Under the pieces are notes generated by a model, which worked only from the letters and a program-made list of their open reading frames with translations, was not told the DNA's origin and ran no database searches. Position numbers and translations under genes: made by a program. From Novosphingobium sp. UBA6722 (lineage in GTDB: Bacteria; Pseudomonadota; Alphaproteobacteria; Sphingomonadales; Sphingomonadaceae): a stretch of 54,160 bases of DNA. The stretch is from positions 1 to 54,160 of the forward strand of contig DKII01000092.1 in NCBI GenBank assembly GCA_002454125.1, given 5' to 3'. Positions 26,849-36,896 of the stretch are shown in pieces (position 1 is the first letter of the stretch; the number at the start of each line of letters is the position of its first letter).

Positions 26849-27006
26849 CTTCCCCGTCGATGGGGGAAGGATACGGAGACTTGCGAGCTTGCTCGCTAGT
26901 CACAGTTGGTTGGGGGTGAGCGTGCCGGCGGACATCACCCCCACCCAACCGGCGCTAGGCTGCTGCGCAGCCAAGCTGTGGTATCCCTCCCCCATCGAGG
27001 GGGAGG
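26849..27006. repeat. Nested palindromic intergenic element (~158 bp; REP/MITE-like)
   Basis: 26-bp outer inverted repeats (26849-26874 / 26981-27006, 3 mismatches); 15-bp inner inverted repeats (26905-26919 / 26935-26949, 1 mismatch); two small side hairpins. Confidence 0.85.
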
Positions 27007-27019
27007 CGAAAGGCTGCTG

Positions 27020-28030
27020 ATGGGCAATCCCGTAGTCTGCTTTGGCGAATTGCTGCTCCGGCTGACCCCGCCGGCTTCGCAGCTGATGGTCCAGGCCGAC
27101 AGCCTGGAACTCCATCCGGGCGGGGCAGAGGGCAATGTCGCCGTGGCGCTGGCCAGTCTGGGTCACACGGTTCGGTTTGCCGGACTGGTCAGCGACAATC
27201 CCCTTGGAGATCGCGCCGTCGCTGCGCTGCGCGGCGCGGGGGTAGACACGCGGTTCCTGGCCCGGGCGGCGGGGCGGATGGGGCTCTACTTCATGGAGGA
27301 TGGCGCCGGACCGCGCCCTTCCATGATCACCTATGACCGCGCCGGCAGCGCCTTTGCCGAGGCCTATCCTGCCGCCATCAACTTTGACGGGGCGCTGGAC
27401 GGGGCAAGGCTGTTCCACACCGGCGGGATCACCCCGGCGCTCGGCCCGAAGGGCGTGGCGCTTGCCAAGGCGGCGCAGTCGGCAGCGCTGGCAGCAGGCA
27501 TACCTATCTGCTTCGACGGCAATTACCGCGGGGCGCTGTGGTCCAGCTGGGACAGCAATCCTGGCGCCATCCTGCGGGAATTGGTCGCCGATGCGACCAT
27601 TCTGATCGGCAATCACCGCGATATCTCGCTACTGCTGGCGCGCGAGTTTTCAGGCGACGGGGCGGATCGGCGGCGCGAAGCGGCCGAAGCGGCCTTTGCC
27701 GCCTTCCCCAAGCTCGAGCTCATCGCCTCGACCGCGCGGCATCTGGTCACGTCGGACCACCACCGCATTGCCGCGCGGGTCGATAGCCGCCGCGCTGCGC
27801 ACCAGACCGACGAGATCGACGTGACCGGGATTGTCGAGCGGATCGGCACCGGCGATGCCTTTGCGGCCGGGGTAATCCACGCCTGGCTCGAAGGCGGCGA
27901 CGAGCGCGCCATGGCCGAAGCCGGCCTTGCCCTGACCGCGCTCAAGCACACGATTCCGGGTGACATGAGCCTGGTGAACCGCACGACCCTTGAGAGCTTT
28001 TCAGCCAGCGGCGGCGATGTCCGGCGCTGA
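27020..28030 (+). CDS. kdgK: 2-keto-3-deoxygluconate kinase (PfkB family)
   Basis: FGELLLRL, GGAEGNVA, YDRAGSAF, FDGNYR, RIGTGDAFAAG; pathway context. Confidence 0.85.
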   Translation: MGNPVVCFGELLLRLTPPASQLMVQADSLELHPGGAEGNVAVALASLGHTVRFAGLVSDNPLGDRAVAALRGAGVDTRFLARAAGRMGLYFMEDGAGPRPSMITYDRAGSAFAEAYPAAINFDGALDGARLFHTGGITPALGPKGVALAKAAQSAALAAGIPICFDGNYRGALWSSWDSNPGAILRELVADATILIGNHRDISLLLAREFSGDGADRRREAAEAAFAAFPKLELIASTARHLVTSDHHRIAARVDSRRAAHQTDEIDVTGIVERIGTGDAFAAGVIHAWLEGGDERAMAEAGLALTALKHTIPGDMSLVNRTTLESFSASGGDVRR

Positions 28031-29516
28031 AGAGTGGAGCCGGCGGGCGGTGCTCACGGGCGCTGCTGCGATAGCCAGCCTTGGCACGCGCGTCTCGGCT
28101 TGGACCCCGGCTGACGTCATTTGCATTGGTTCGGTTCAAGCGCCGGATGGTAAATACGAGGCATATTCCTGCGCCGAGGCCTGGTCCTATCCAGTCATCC
28201 GATATGCACGGGCTCAGCGATTCCAACAGCCGGAATCGGTCACGGTTGCCGAACAGCGTCGCTCCGTCTGGCATGGCATCCCGAGTTGCCCGCAACCTTC
28301 CGGCAGTTATGCCCCGCCCGCAGAGGACTGCCTTTTCCTGAACGTCTGGGTGCCACCAAATGAGCATCGCCGACGCCCCGTAATGGTCTATTTCCACGGC
28401 GGAGCTTATTCGAATGGCTCAGTCGCCGATCCGCTCAACGATGGCGCGAAACTCGCTGCGCGTGGCGATGTGGTGGTCGTCACGGTCAACCACCGCCTCA
28501 ACGTCTTCGGTTACCTTTACCTGCCCGATCGCTTCCCCAGCAGCGGCAACAACGGCCAGCTCGACCTGATTTACGCGCTCCAATGGGTCCAGCGCAATAT
28601 CGCGGCCTTCGGCGGCGATCCGGGCAATGTCACGGTCTTTGGTCAGTCCGGCGGCGGGGCCAAGATTGCGACGCTGATGGCCATGCCCGAGGCCAAGGGC
28701 CTGTTCCACAAGGCGATTACGATGAGCGGGCAGCAGGTCACCGCATCGGGCCCGCTCAATGAACGCAAGCGCGCGCAGGCCTTCCTCGACAAGCTGGGAA
28801 CCGATCCGGCGACCGCCTCCACCGAAGCGCTGGTTGCGGCGCTCTCTGCAAACGATCCGATCATGGGCGGCGGGCTCTACATGGGGCCGGTGCTCGACAT
28901 GAAGCACCTGACAAGGCACCCGTTCTGGCCGGATCCCGCGCCACAGGGCAATGCGATCCCGATGCTGCTCGGCAACACCGTGGCCGAAACGCGCGCCTTC
29001 TTCCCGCCGGACCATCCGAAGCTCAAGGGCCTCGACTGGAGCAACCTTGCCGAGCGGGCGGGGCCAGAGCTCAAGGTCGATATCGATCCCGCCTGGGTGG
29101 TCGCGCAGTTCCGGGCGCGCTACCCTGCGGACGCCCCTGAACAGATCTTCCACCGCATGGTCACCGCCGGCCGGTCCTGGCGCGGCCAGGTCGAGGAGGC
29201 CGATGCCCGCGCCCGCGCTGGGGTGAAGCAGACCTGGGTCTATCAGCTCGATTTCGAGGCGGCCAAGCATACCGATGACATCGGTCTGGCCTTCGGTACC
29301 TTCGAGGATCCCTCGCTGGCCCGCCAGGCAATGAGCGACACAGTGATGGACGCTTTCGTCCGCTTTGCCCGCACCGGCAACCCCGGTTGGGCGCCTTACA
29401 GCTTGCCGCGGCGCGAGACGATGGTCTTCGATACCGCCAGCCGCGTGATCAAGGATCCGCGCAAGTGGGAGCGCGAGCTGTTCGCCCGCGTGCCCTATAT
29501 CCAACCGGGGAGCTGA
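28017..29516 (+). CDS. Type-B carboxylesterase, Tat-like signal
   Basis: SRRAVL, EDCLFLNVW, HGGAY, FGGDPGNVTVFGQSGGG. Confidence 0.88.
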   Translation: MSGAEEWSRRAVLTGAAAIASLGTRVSAWTPADVICIGSVQAPDGKYEAYSCAEAWSYPVIRYARAQRFQQPESVTVAEQRRSVWHGIPSCPQPSGSYAPPAEDCLFLNVWVPPNEHRRRPVMVYFHGGAYSNGSVADPLNDGAKLAARGDVVVVTVNHRLNVFGYLYLPDRFPSSGNNGQLDLIYALQWVQRNIAAFGGDPGNVTVFGQSGGGAKIATLMAMPEAKGLFHKAITMSGQQVTASGPLNERKRAQAFLDKLGTDPATASTEALVAALSANDPIMGGGLYMGPVLDMKHLTRHPFWPDPAPQGNAIPMLLGNTVAETRAFFPPDHPKLKGLDWSNLAERAGPELKVDIDPAWVVAQFRARYPADAPEQIFHRMVTAGRSWRGQVEEADARARAGVKQTWVYQLDFEAAKHTDDIGLAFGTFEDPSLARQAMSDTVMDAFVRFARTGNPGWAPYSLPRRETMVFDTASRVIKDPRKWERELFARVPYIQPGS

Positions 29517-29519
29517 GGC

Positions 29520-29909
29520 TCAGCGCTGGTTGTTGGGATAGCTGATGATCAGCGACAGCGGCTTGCGGCCCACTTGCCGGATGCCCACGACCGCCCCTTT
29601 GTAGAGATAGGCCGCCATGCCTTTGGTCAGCCGCGCGCGCTGGCCGTCGGAGACGACCTCGCCCTCTCCATCGAGCACGTAATAGACCTCGTCATGATCG
29701 ATCGGATGTTCGCCGATCGCCGCGCCGCGATGCAGGATCCGGCGACGGAACTCCATCGCCCGCGGCTGCGGCACGGCATCGCTGATCCGGTAGGCCGTGC
29801 TCGTCCCGATCGCGCCGTGCGGCGGGGCTTCTTCGCGCCGGGTATCGCGCTCGTCGATCACCGCCATCGGCGGCGAGGCAGCGAGCAGGAGCAGCGCGGC
29901 GAGGCTCAC
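29520..29909 (-). CDS. Small exported cupin-domain protein
   Basis: Hydrophobic N-terminus; H...HDEVYYVLDGEG cupin motif; GTGA overlap with pectate lyase stop. Confidence 0.8.
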   Translation of the reverse strand: MSLAALLLLAASPPMAVIDERDTRREEAPPHGAIGTSTAYRISDAVPQPRAMEFRRRILHRGAAIGEHPIDHDEVYYVLDGEGEVVSDGQRARLTKGMAAYLYKGAVVGIRQVGRKPLSLIISYPNNQR

Positions 29910-31255
29910 CGGGTGGTTCCGCGCGAGCTGCGATCGCGCGGGCTGAGCACCTCCTGCGCGCCGCCCTTCTGCCCCGGATAGCGGCCAGACTTGGGCTGCA
30001 TCGTGGCAAGGTCCCAGTCCGCCTCGATAAAGGGCGCACGGGTTTCGGGCGGGCGGGGATAGCCGGGGCCGACTTCCTTCTCGTCATCAATGATATCGCC
30101 GCGCCCCTCAGCCACGAAGAACAGCACGCGGATATCGTCCGGCGCGCGGTCCCACGGGCGGGCCCCGGCCGTCGCCAGCAGGCTGGTTTCGACTTCGCCA
30201 GAGGGCAGAACCGGCAGGCCGGAAAGGTCCGCCAGCGGCTTGGTTGATCGGATCAGCCTCGCCCTCGTCTCGCCATAGCGGCCGAATTCTGGCAGCGGAT
30301 TGCCGTGGCGATCAACCATGCGATTGTCGCGGCCGTGGAACTTGAGGTCGCCATCGCCGCCCAGCATCAGGAACGGCAGGCCCGGATCGGTATCGTTGCC
30401 GCCGCGCATGACATTCCCCACCGCGGTCAGCTCGCCGGTGGCATAGGGCTGGCCGGCCCATTCCAGCGCCATCAGGTTGTAATGCACTGCGCGGTGACCG
30501 GGATTGTAGATCAGGTTGTTGACCATCAGCGCCTGGACCCCGCCCTTGAGCAGCGGCGAACGCTCGACATTGTGGGCCCAGACGTTGCGGTAGAAGACGA
30601 TGCCGGTGGCGTTGTCGTGGATAAGCGAGCCTTTGGAATGCTCGCCCTTGGGGTGGCTGGCATTGGCCAGGCCTTCGGCGGCGAGGTTATTGCGAAACAG
30701 GATATTGTGGCTGGTGCCCTTGCGCCATTCCTCGACCGTCTTGCCGGTGAAGCGTGGGCCGGAAGCCGACATGTTCTCGTCGATCCCCCACAGGAAGCTG
30801 TTGTGCTCGATGATGACATTGTAGGCGGCCACCGTGGAAAAGGCATCCGCTTCCCAGCCGGAAAACAGCGCCTGGCCGTCACGCCCGGTCATCACCCGCA
30901 CGTGGCTGATGATCACGTCATAGGCCTTGAGATCGATCCCGCCGCGGATGATGGTGACTCCCGGCGAAGGGGCGGTTTGGCCGGCGATGGTAAGATAGGG
31001 TTCGGCAATGGTCAGCGAGTTGCGCTCAAGGTCGATCACCCCGCCCACTTCGAACACGACGATGCGCGGCCCCTTGGCCTCAACCGCTTCCTTGAACGAT
31101 CCCGGACCGTCCTTGGCCAGGGTGGTGACCCGGATGATTCGACCGCCGGCCCCGCCCTGCGTCGGCTCGGGCGGCCCCGCCCAGACCGCCCCGGACAGGA
31201 CAAGTGCCTGCAAAGCCGCGAGGAATACCGCGAGTTTCACCCACCAGTGCCGCAT
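29906..31255 (-). CDS. Pectate lyase (PL1-like)
   Basis: GGAGGRIIRVTTL..DGPGS, GPRIVVFEVGGVI, TIAGQTAP, WGIDE, N..RSP; signal peptide. Confidence 0.88.
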   Translation of the reverse strand: MRHWWVKLAVFLAALQALVLSGAVWAGPPEPTQGGAGGRIIRVTTLAKDGPGSFKEAVEAKGPRIVVFEVGGVIDLERNSLTIAEPYLTIAGQTAPSPGVTIIRGGIDLKAYDVIISHVRVMTGRDGQALFSGWEADAFSTVAAYNVIIEHNSFLWGIDENMSASGPRFTGKTVEEWRKGTSHNILFRNNLAAEGLANASHPKGEHSKGSLIHDNATGIVFYRNVWAHNVERSPLLKGGVQALMVNNLIYNPGHRAVHYNLMALEWAGQPYATGELTAVGNVMRGGNDTDPGLPFLMLGGDGDLKFHGRDNRMVDRHGNPLPEFGRYGETRARLIRSTKPLADLSGLPVLPSGEVETSLLATAGARPWDRAPDDIRVLFFVAEGRGDIIDDEKEVGPGYPRPPETRAPFIEADWDLATMQPKSGRYPGQKGGAQEVLSPRDRSSRGTTR

Positions 31256-31313
31256 CGTCCATTCTCCCTTGCGCACCTTCTTGACAGAGCGCCGGAACGG
31301 GAGCAATACAAAA

Positions 31314-31327
31314 TGACACCGGTTACC
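31314..31327. promoter_or_regulatory. LacI-type operator, copy 4
   Basis: TGACACCGGTTACC in the pectate lyase / TonB receptor divergent region. Confidence 0.8.
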
Positions 31328-31412
31328 TTACCGGTCAGAATGCAGCGGCCGGAAGACCGCGCAGGGAGTAGAGGTGCTGGGGGAGCTGTGCGGGTCCACG
31401 CACATCATCCTT

Positions 31413-31426
31413 TGACACCGGTATCA
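31413..31426. promoter_or_regulatory. LacI-type operator, copy 5
   Basis: TGACACCGGTATCA 34 nt upstream of the TonB receptor start. Confidence 0.75.
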
Positions 31427-31460
31427 TGAGGAAGCGCCAGAGGGCGTCGAGGGGGTAGAA

Positions 31461-34301
31461 ATGCGCAAGACCCAAACCAGCAAGACGCTGTTCAAGCTTG
31501 CCCTGATCGCCGGCAGTGCCATCGTTGCGCCGACCGCCGCCTGGGCCCAGGACGCCGCTCCGCCTGCCGAAGATACCCCGGCTGACGAAATCATCGTGAC
31601 CGGCTTCCGCCAGTCGCTGCAGGCCGCGATCAACCTCAAGAAAAACTCGGTGGCCGCAGTCGATGCGATCGTTGCCGAAGACATCGCCAAATTCCCCGAC
31701 CAGAACCTGGCGGAATCGCTGCAGCGCATCCCCGGCATCTCGATTTCACGCGATGCCGGCGAAGGCCGGGCGATCACGGTGCGTGGTCTCTCCAGCCAGT
31801 TCACCCGCGTCCGCGTCAACGGCATGGAAACGATCGCCACCTCGGTCGATGGCGCCAGCGCCAACCGCGACCGCGCGTTCGATTTCAACGTCTTTGCTTC
31901 GGAACTGTTCTCCAGCCTGGTCGTCCACAAGACCGCCGAGGCCAGCCTCGATGAAGGTTCGCTCGGCGCCGTGGTCGATCTCAACACCGGCAACCCGCTG
32001 GCCGGCAAGGCCGGGCTGACCGCCGCCGCCTCGGTGGTTGGTTCCTATAATGACCTGTCGGGCAATGTCGGCCCGCGCCTGGCTGGCCTGCTTTCCTGGC
32101 GTAACGATGCCGATACGTTTGGCGCCTCGATCTCGGCTGCCTATTCGAAGACCAAGGTGCTTGAGCTGGGCAACAATTCGGTCCGCTGGGCCCAGGCCCG
32201 GTTCGACAATGTAAACGGCACCAACTGCTTTACCACACCCAATTCGGGCGGGACCTATGTTGCCAGCGCGGCCTGCGATCAGGCCGCCCTCGCCTTCCAC
32301 CCGCGCATTCCCCGCTACGGCGAGGTTGCGCACGATCGCGAGCGCCTGGGCCTGACCGGCTCGATCCAGTTCGCCCCGACCGAGGCAACCAAGCTGTCGA
32401 TCGATGCGCTCTATTCGAAGTTCGACGCGAGCCGCGAAGAACAGTGGGGCGAAGTCCTGCTGCGTTCGAACGAGCGCTCGATCAATGTCGTGAACCCGGT
32501 TTACGACGCCAACAAGAACATGATCTCGGCGACGCTCAACGACGCCTGGGTCCGCACCGAGCATTACCTGCGCGAAAGCAGCACCGAATTCTACCAGATC
32601 GGGGCCAGCCTTGATCAGGAAGTGACCGACACCCTGCGCTTCACCCTGCTGGGCGGCGTTTCGAAGTCGAACGCCGATATCCCGGTCGAAACCACGATCA
32701 TCTTCGATGACCGCGACGCCCAAGGCTATTCCTACGACTACACCAACATGAGGACGCCGAAGCTGACCTTCGGGACCAGCGTGACCGATCCGGCCAACTT
32801 CCAGCTGGCTGAAATCCGCGACCGCCCCTCGAACGTCACCAACCGCTTCAAAACGGTGCAGCTGCGGACCGAATTCGATCTGACTGACAAGATCACTCTG
32901 AAGGCCGGGGCCGTTTGGCGCCGCTACAACTTCGATGCCGTGGCCTATACCCGCGACTCCGCAGTTTGCGGCAATGGCGGCACCAGCCTGGTCACCAGCA
33001 CGTCCGGTACGATCGCCTGCTCGCCGACCAGCCTGTTCGGCCCGACCGCAGTCTATGGCTTCCCGGTCACCACGGCGCTGTCGCAGGTGTTCAACCTCGG
33101 CAACGCCGGCCAGCCGTCTGGCAACACCAACTCGTGGCTGGTCCCGAATCTGGCCGCCGCCGCAACCTTTACCGGCCTCTACAACCGGCCGCTGGTCAAC
33201 GACGTCGGCAATATCCGCGGCGTCCAGGAGACCACCAAGGGCGTCTACTTCCAGGCCGACTTCAAGGGTGACTTGGGCGGGCTGGAATATGCCCTCAACG
33301 CCGGGGTGCGCTATGTGAAGACCGACCAGAGCTCTTACGGCCTGGTCAGCGGCACCCAGGCCACCGTCACCCGCGACTATGACGACTGGCTCCCCTCGGC
33401 CAACCTGGCGCTGTTCCCGACGCAGAACGTGATCCTGCGCGCGGCAGTGGCCAAGGTGATGACCCGCCCAACGCTCGGCTCGCTCACCCCGGGCGGCTCG
33501 GCCGATGGCTTCAATTATCGCGTCACCAGCGGCAACCCGTTCCTGGAGCCCTATCGCGCCACCAACTATGACCTGGCCGCCGAATGGTACTTCGCCCCGC
33601 AGGCGGTGCTCTCGCTGGCCTGGTTCAAGAAGGACGTGAACAGCTTCACCCAGTCGGCCTCGATCACGGGCGCCACCTTCACCCAGACCGGCCTGCCGGT
33701 TTCGGTGCTGAACCCCAGCTCGCCCGCCGCACTTAACCCGGCGCAGCTCAGCCAGCCGATCTGGACCCTGACCACCACAGTCAACGGTTCGGGCGCCAAG
33801 CTGACCGGCTGGGAACTGGCCGCGCAGGTGCCGTTCAGCGCCTTCACCGAAGGCTTCTTCAAGCACTTTGGCGTGATCGCCAACGCCACCTTCATCAGCT
33901 CGAACGCCACGTTCAACCTGCAGGGGCCAGCGATTGCCCCGGGCGGTGCACTGCAGAACGTGAGCGTGACCAACACGCTGTCGAACGTGTCGAAGCAGGC
34001 CTACAACGGCACGCTTTATTACGATGACGGCAAGTTCGCTGCCCGCGTGATGGTGTCCTATCGCGGCCGTTACCATGAAGGCGCCTCGGGCACCGGCAAC
34101 CTGCTGGAAGGCTATGGCGCGACGACCAACCTCGATGCCTCGATCCGCTACAAGGTTACGGACTGGCTGGAGCTGTCGCTCGAAGGCAACAACCTGCTCG
34201 ACACCTATCGCTACCGCTTCACTGACTTTGACGCGGACCGCAATTACGAGAACAACCACTTCGGCCGCACCTTCCTGTTCGGGGCGCGGTTCAAGCTCTG
34301 A
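31461..34301 (+). CDS. TonB-dependent receptor (oligogalacturonide-type by context)
   Basis: Signal peptide; EIIVTG TonB box; AEDIAKFPDQNLAESLQRIPG plug; C-terminal GRTFLFGARFKL. Confidence 0.95.
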   Translation: MRKTQTSKTLFKLALIAGSAIVAPTAAWAQDAAPPAEDTPADEIIVTGFRQSLQAAINLKKNSVAAVDAIVAEDIAKFPDQNLAESLQRIPGISISRDAGEGRAITVRGLSSQFTRVRVNGMETIATSVDGASANRDRAFDFNVFASELFSSLVVHKTAEASLDEGSLGAVVDLNTGNPLAGKAGLTAAASVVGSYNDLSGNVGPRLAGLLSWRNDADTFGASISAAYSKTKVLELGNNSVRWAQARFDNVNGTNCFTTPNSGGTYVASAACDQAALAFHPRIPRYGEVAHDRERLGLTGSIQFAPTEATKLSIDALYSKFDASREEQWGEVLLRSNERSINVVNPVYDANKNMISATLNDAWVRTEHYLRESSTEFYQIGASLDQEVTDTLRFTLLGGVSKSNADIPVETTIIFDDRDAQGYSYDYTNMRTPKLTFGTSVTDPANFQLAEIRDRPSNVTNRFKTVQLRTEFDLTDKITLKAGAVWRRYNFDAVAYTRDSAVCGNGGTSLVTSTSGTIACSPTSLFGPTAVYGFPVTTALSQVFNLGNAGQPSGNTNSWLVPNLAAAATFTGLYNRPLVNDVGNIRGVQETTKGVYFQADFKGDLGGLEYALNAGVRYVKTDQSSYGLVSGTQATVTRDYDDWLPSANLALFPTQNVILRAAVAKVMTRPTLGSLTPGGSADGFNYRVTSGNPFLEPYRATNYDLAAEWYFAPQAVLSLAWFKKDVNSFTQSASITGATFTQTGLPVSVLNPSSPAALNPAQLSQPIWTLTTTVNGSGAKLTGWELAAQVPFSAFTEGFFKHFGVIANATFISSNATFNLQGPAIAPGGALQNVSVTNTLSNVSKQAYNGTLYYDDGKFAARVMVSYRGRYHEGASGTGNLLEGYGATTNLDASIRYKVTDWLELSLEGNNLLDTYRYRFTDFDADRNYENNHFGRTFLFGARFKL

Positions 34302-34332
34302 TCCCGAAGTACCTCCCGGAGGCCGGTTCCCG

Positions 34333-35328
34333 ATGACGATTGACCGCAGGTCGCTGATTGTCGCGGGGCTGGCCTCCACCCTTACCGCACGGGCGGGGGC
34401 GCAAACGCCTCCGCCCGTTGCCGTTGGCGCGCTGCCGCCTGGCCTGCCCCAACCGGTCGAGACGATCGATCTCTGGCCTGCCGGCGCACCGGGTCGGCCG
34501 GCCAAACCACCGGTCGAAACCGTCAATGAACGCTCGACCGATCCGTTGGTCACTGACCGCGCGGTCTTCGGCATCACCCGCCCGCGCATGGCCGTGTTCC
34601 GGCCCGATCGACCGAACGGCGCGGCCGTCCTCCTTACGCCAGGTGGCGGCTATCGCTGGGTCGTGGTCGACAAGGAGGGCTATGAGATGGCGCGCTGGCT
34701 GACGGCGCGCGGCTTTACCGCCTTTGTCCTGTTCTACCGCCTGCCCGGCGAGGGTTGGGCTGCCGGGCCCGACGTGCCACTGGCCGATGCCCAGCGCGCC
34801 ATGCGCCTGATCCGCCACCGCGCCCGCGACTTGGCGATTGATCCCGAGCGCGTTTCGGCCATGGGGTTTTCCGCTGGCGGCCATGTCTGCGCCAGCCTTT
34901 CCACCCGGTTCGACGCGAGCGTCTACCAGCCGGTCGACCCCGCTGATCGGCTCTCGGCCAAGCCGCACAGCGCCGCGCCGATCTATCCGGTGTGCAGCAT
35001 GGACCCGGCCATTGCCCACCCCGGCTCACGCCAGTTGCTGCTGGGTGCCGCGCCGACCCCCGAACTGGAGGCGCGCTACTCGCCTGACCGTCAGGTTCCC
35101 GCCGACGCCCCGCCGCACTTCCTACTTCATGCCGAGGATGACGATGTCGTGCCGGTCGAGAACTCGCTGCGCCTGCGAGCCGCGCTGAAGACACGGGGGA
35201 TTCCGGTCGAGATGCACCTCTTCGCCAATGGCGGGCATGGCTTTGGCCTGCGCAAGGCCGTAGGCAAGCCGGTCGAGGTCTGGCCTGAGCTGTGGCGCGC
35301 CTGGGCGCGCACTGTCGGCCTTGGCTGA
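34333..35328 (+). CDS. Alpha/beta hydrolase (pectin acetylesterase-like), Tat signal
   Basis: DRRSLI; PGGGY, GFSAGG, DDVV, GGHGFG. Confidence 0.85.
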   Translation: MTIDRRSLIVAGLASTLTARAGAQTPPPVAVGALPPGLPQPVETIDLWPAGAPGRPAKPPVETVNERSTDPLVTDRAVFGITRPRMAVFRPDRPNGAAVLLTPGGGYRWVVVDKEGYEMARWLTARGFTAFVLFYRLPGEGWAAGPDVPLADAQRAMRLIRHRARDLAIDPERVSAMGFSAGGHVCASLSTRFDASVYQPVDPADRLSAKPHSAAPIYPVCSMDPAIAHPGSRQLLLGAAPTPELEARYSPDRQVPADAPPHFLLHAEDDDVVPVENSLRLRAALKTRGIPVEMHLFANGGHGFGLRKAVGKPVEVWPELWRAWARTVGLG

Positions 35329-36896
35329 TGGAGCGGCGCGACCTGCTCAAGGCCGGGGCGCTGGCCCCGCTGGCCGCGGCTCTGCCACTCAGCGCCGCCG
35401 CACCGGCCCGCACCGGGATCGAGGGCCAGCGCCAGCCCGACCTCGGCAACGGCCGCTTCCTCAACCCCGTACTGTCGGGCGACCGGCCCGACCCGGCGGT
35501 GCTGAAGGATGGCGATGACTATTACCTGACCTTTTCCAGCTTCGATGCCTATCCCGGGCTGACGATCTGGCACAGCCGCGACCTGGTGAACTGGCAGCCG
35601 CGCCGGGCGGCCCTGCACTGCAATATCGGTTCAGTCTGGGCGGTCAGCCTGGAGAAGCACCAGGGACGCTATTTCATTTACGTGCCGGTGAAGGCCCAGC
35701 CGCGGAACGAGATTTACGTGATCTGGGCCGATCATATCGATGGCCCATGGAGCGATCCCGCGCCGCTCGGCCTGCACCAGCATATCGACCCTTGCCATGC
35801 CGTGGCGGAGGATGGCTCGCGCTGGCTGTTCCTGTCGGGCGGAGACCGGGTGCGGCTCAGCGACGACGGCCTCTCGGTCACGGGACCGGTCGAGCACGTC
35901 TATGACCCCTGGCGTTATCCCGATACATGGGATGTCGAAGGCTTCTCCCCCGAAGGCCCCAAGATCCACCGGTATGGCGGCTGGTTCTACATGCTCACCG
36001 CCGTCGGCGGCACGGCGGGTCCACCAACCGGGCATATGGTGATCGCGGCGCGCTCGCGCTCGCTCCACGGCCCGTGGGAGCAGCATCCCGGCAATCCGCT
36101 GGTTCGCACCCGATCGTCGGGCGAAGCCTGGTGGTCGCGCGGCCATGCCAGCCTGGTCGAGGCGCCGGACGGCACCTGGTGGTCGCTCTATCACGGCTAT
36201 GAGGCCGGCTTCTGGACGCTCGGCCGGCAATGCCTGCTCGATCCGGTCGAATGGACCCGCGACGGCTGGTTCCGCATGACGGGCGGCGATCTTTCACGCC
36301 CCTTGCGCAAGCCGCGCGGCGGGCAGGCCCTGCCCCACGGCTTGGCGCTGTCAGACGATTTCAGTGGCCCGCTGGCGCTCGGCTCGAAATGGACGTTTTT
36401 CCGCCCCGTGCCAGACGAGGCTGCGCGGATCCGCGTGGCCGATGGCGCCTTGCACCTTGCTGGCAAGGGCATTGCGCCGTCCAGCGGCTCACCCTTGCTG
36501 CTCACTTCTGGCGACCGTTCGTATCAGTTCGAATGCGACATCGAACTGGCCCCCGGCGCCACGGCCGGCCTGGTGCTGTTCTATGACGACAAGCTCTATT
36601 GCGGCCTCGGCTTCGACGAGCGCCGCTTTGTCACCCACCAGTACGGGATCGAACGCGGGCGGCCGGCCAATCCGCATGGCCGGCAAATGCGGCTTCGCGT
36701 GACCAAGCGCGAACACATCGTCGCATTCCATACCAGCGGCGATGGCGGGCAAACCTGGCAGCGCTTTGACCGCGGGATGGAAGTGTCCGGCTATCACCAC
36801 AACGTCCGCGGCGGCTTTCTGGCGCTGAGGCCGGGGCTCTACGCCGCCGGGCCCGGGGCCTGCGCCTTCCGCGATTTCCGTTACACAGCGTTATAG
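35328..36896 (+). CDS. GH43 glycoside hydrolase, Tat signal
   Basis: ERRDLLK; NPVLSGDRPDP, HSRDLVNW, IDP, EGPKI, GHASLV; C-terminal beta-sandwich; TGATG coupling. Confidence 0.9.
   Translation: MERRDLLKAGALAPLAAALPLSAAAPARTGIEGQRQPDLGNGRFLNPVLSGDRPDPAVLKDGDDYYLTFSSFDAYPGLTIWHSRDLVNWQPRRAALHCNIGSVWAVSLEKHQGRYFIYVPVKAQPRNEIYVIWADHIDGPWSDPAPLGLHQHIDPCHAVAEDGSRWLFLSGGDRVRLSDDGLSVTGPVEHVYDPWRYPDTWDVEGFSPEGPKIHRYGGWFYMLTAVGGTAGPPTGHMVIAARSRSLHGPWEQHPGNPLVRTRSSGEAWWSRGHASLVEAPDGTWWSLYHGYEAGFWTLGRQCLLDPVEWTRDGWFRMTGGDLSRPLRKPRGGQALPHGLALSDDFSGPLALGSKWTFFRPVPDEAARIRVADGALHLAGKGIAPSSGSPLLLTSGDRSYQFECDIELAPGATAGLVLFYDDKLYCGLGFDERRFVTHQYGIERGRPANPHGRQMRLRVTKREHIVAFHTSGDGGQTWQRFDRGMEVSGYHHNVRGGFLALRPGLYAAGPGACAFRDFRYTAL

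Noticed and set aside
26849-27006. Possible tRNA or riboswitch (cloverleaf-like fold)
   Set aside because: No T-loop, D-loop or CCA signatures; nested symmetry fits a palindromic repeat better
26906-27019. N-terminal extension of kdgK in the ORF track
   Set aside because: Derived from the repeat element; PfkB similarity begins at Met 27020
31746-34589. 947-aa minus-strand ORF
   Set aside because: Antisense shadow of the TonB receptor; no recognisable motifs, and long shadow frames are expected with strong GC3 bias
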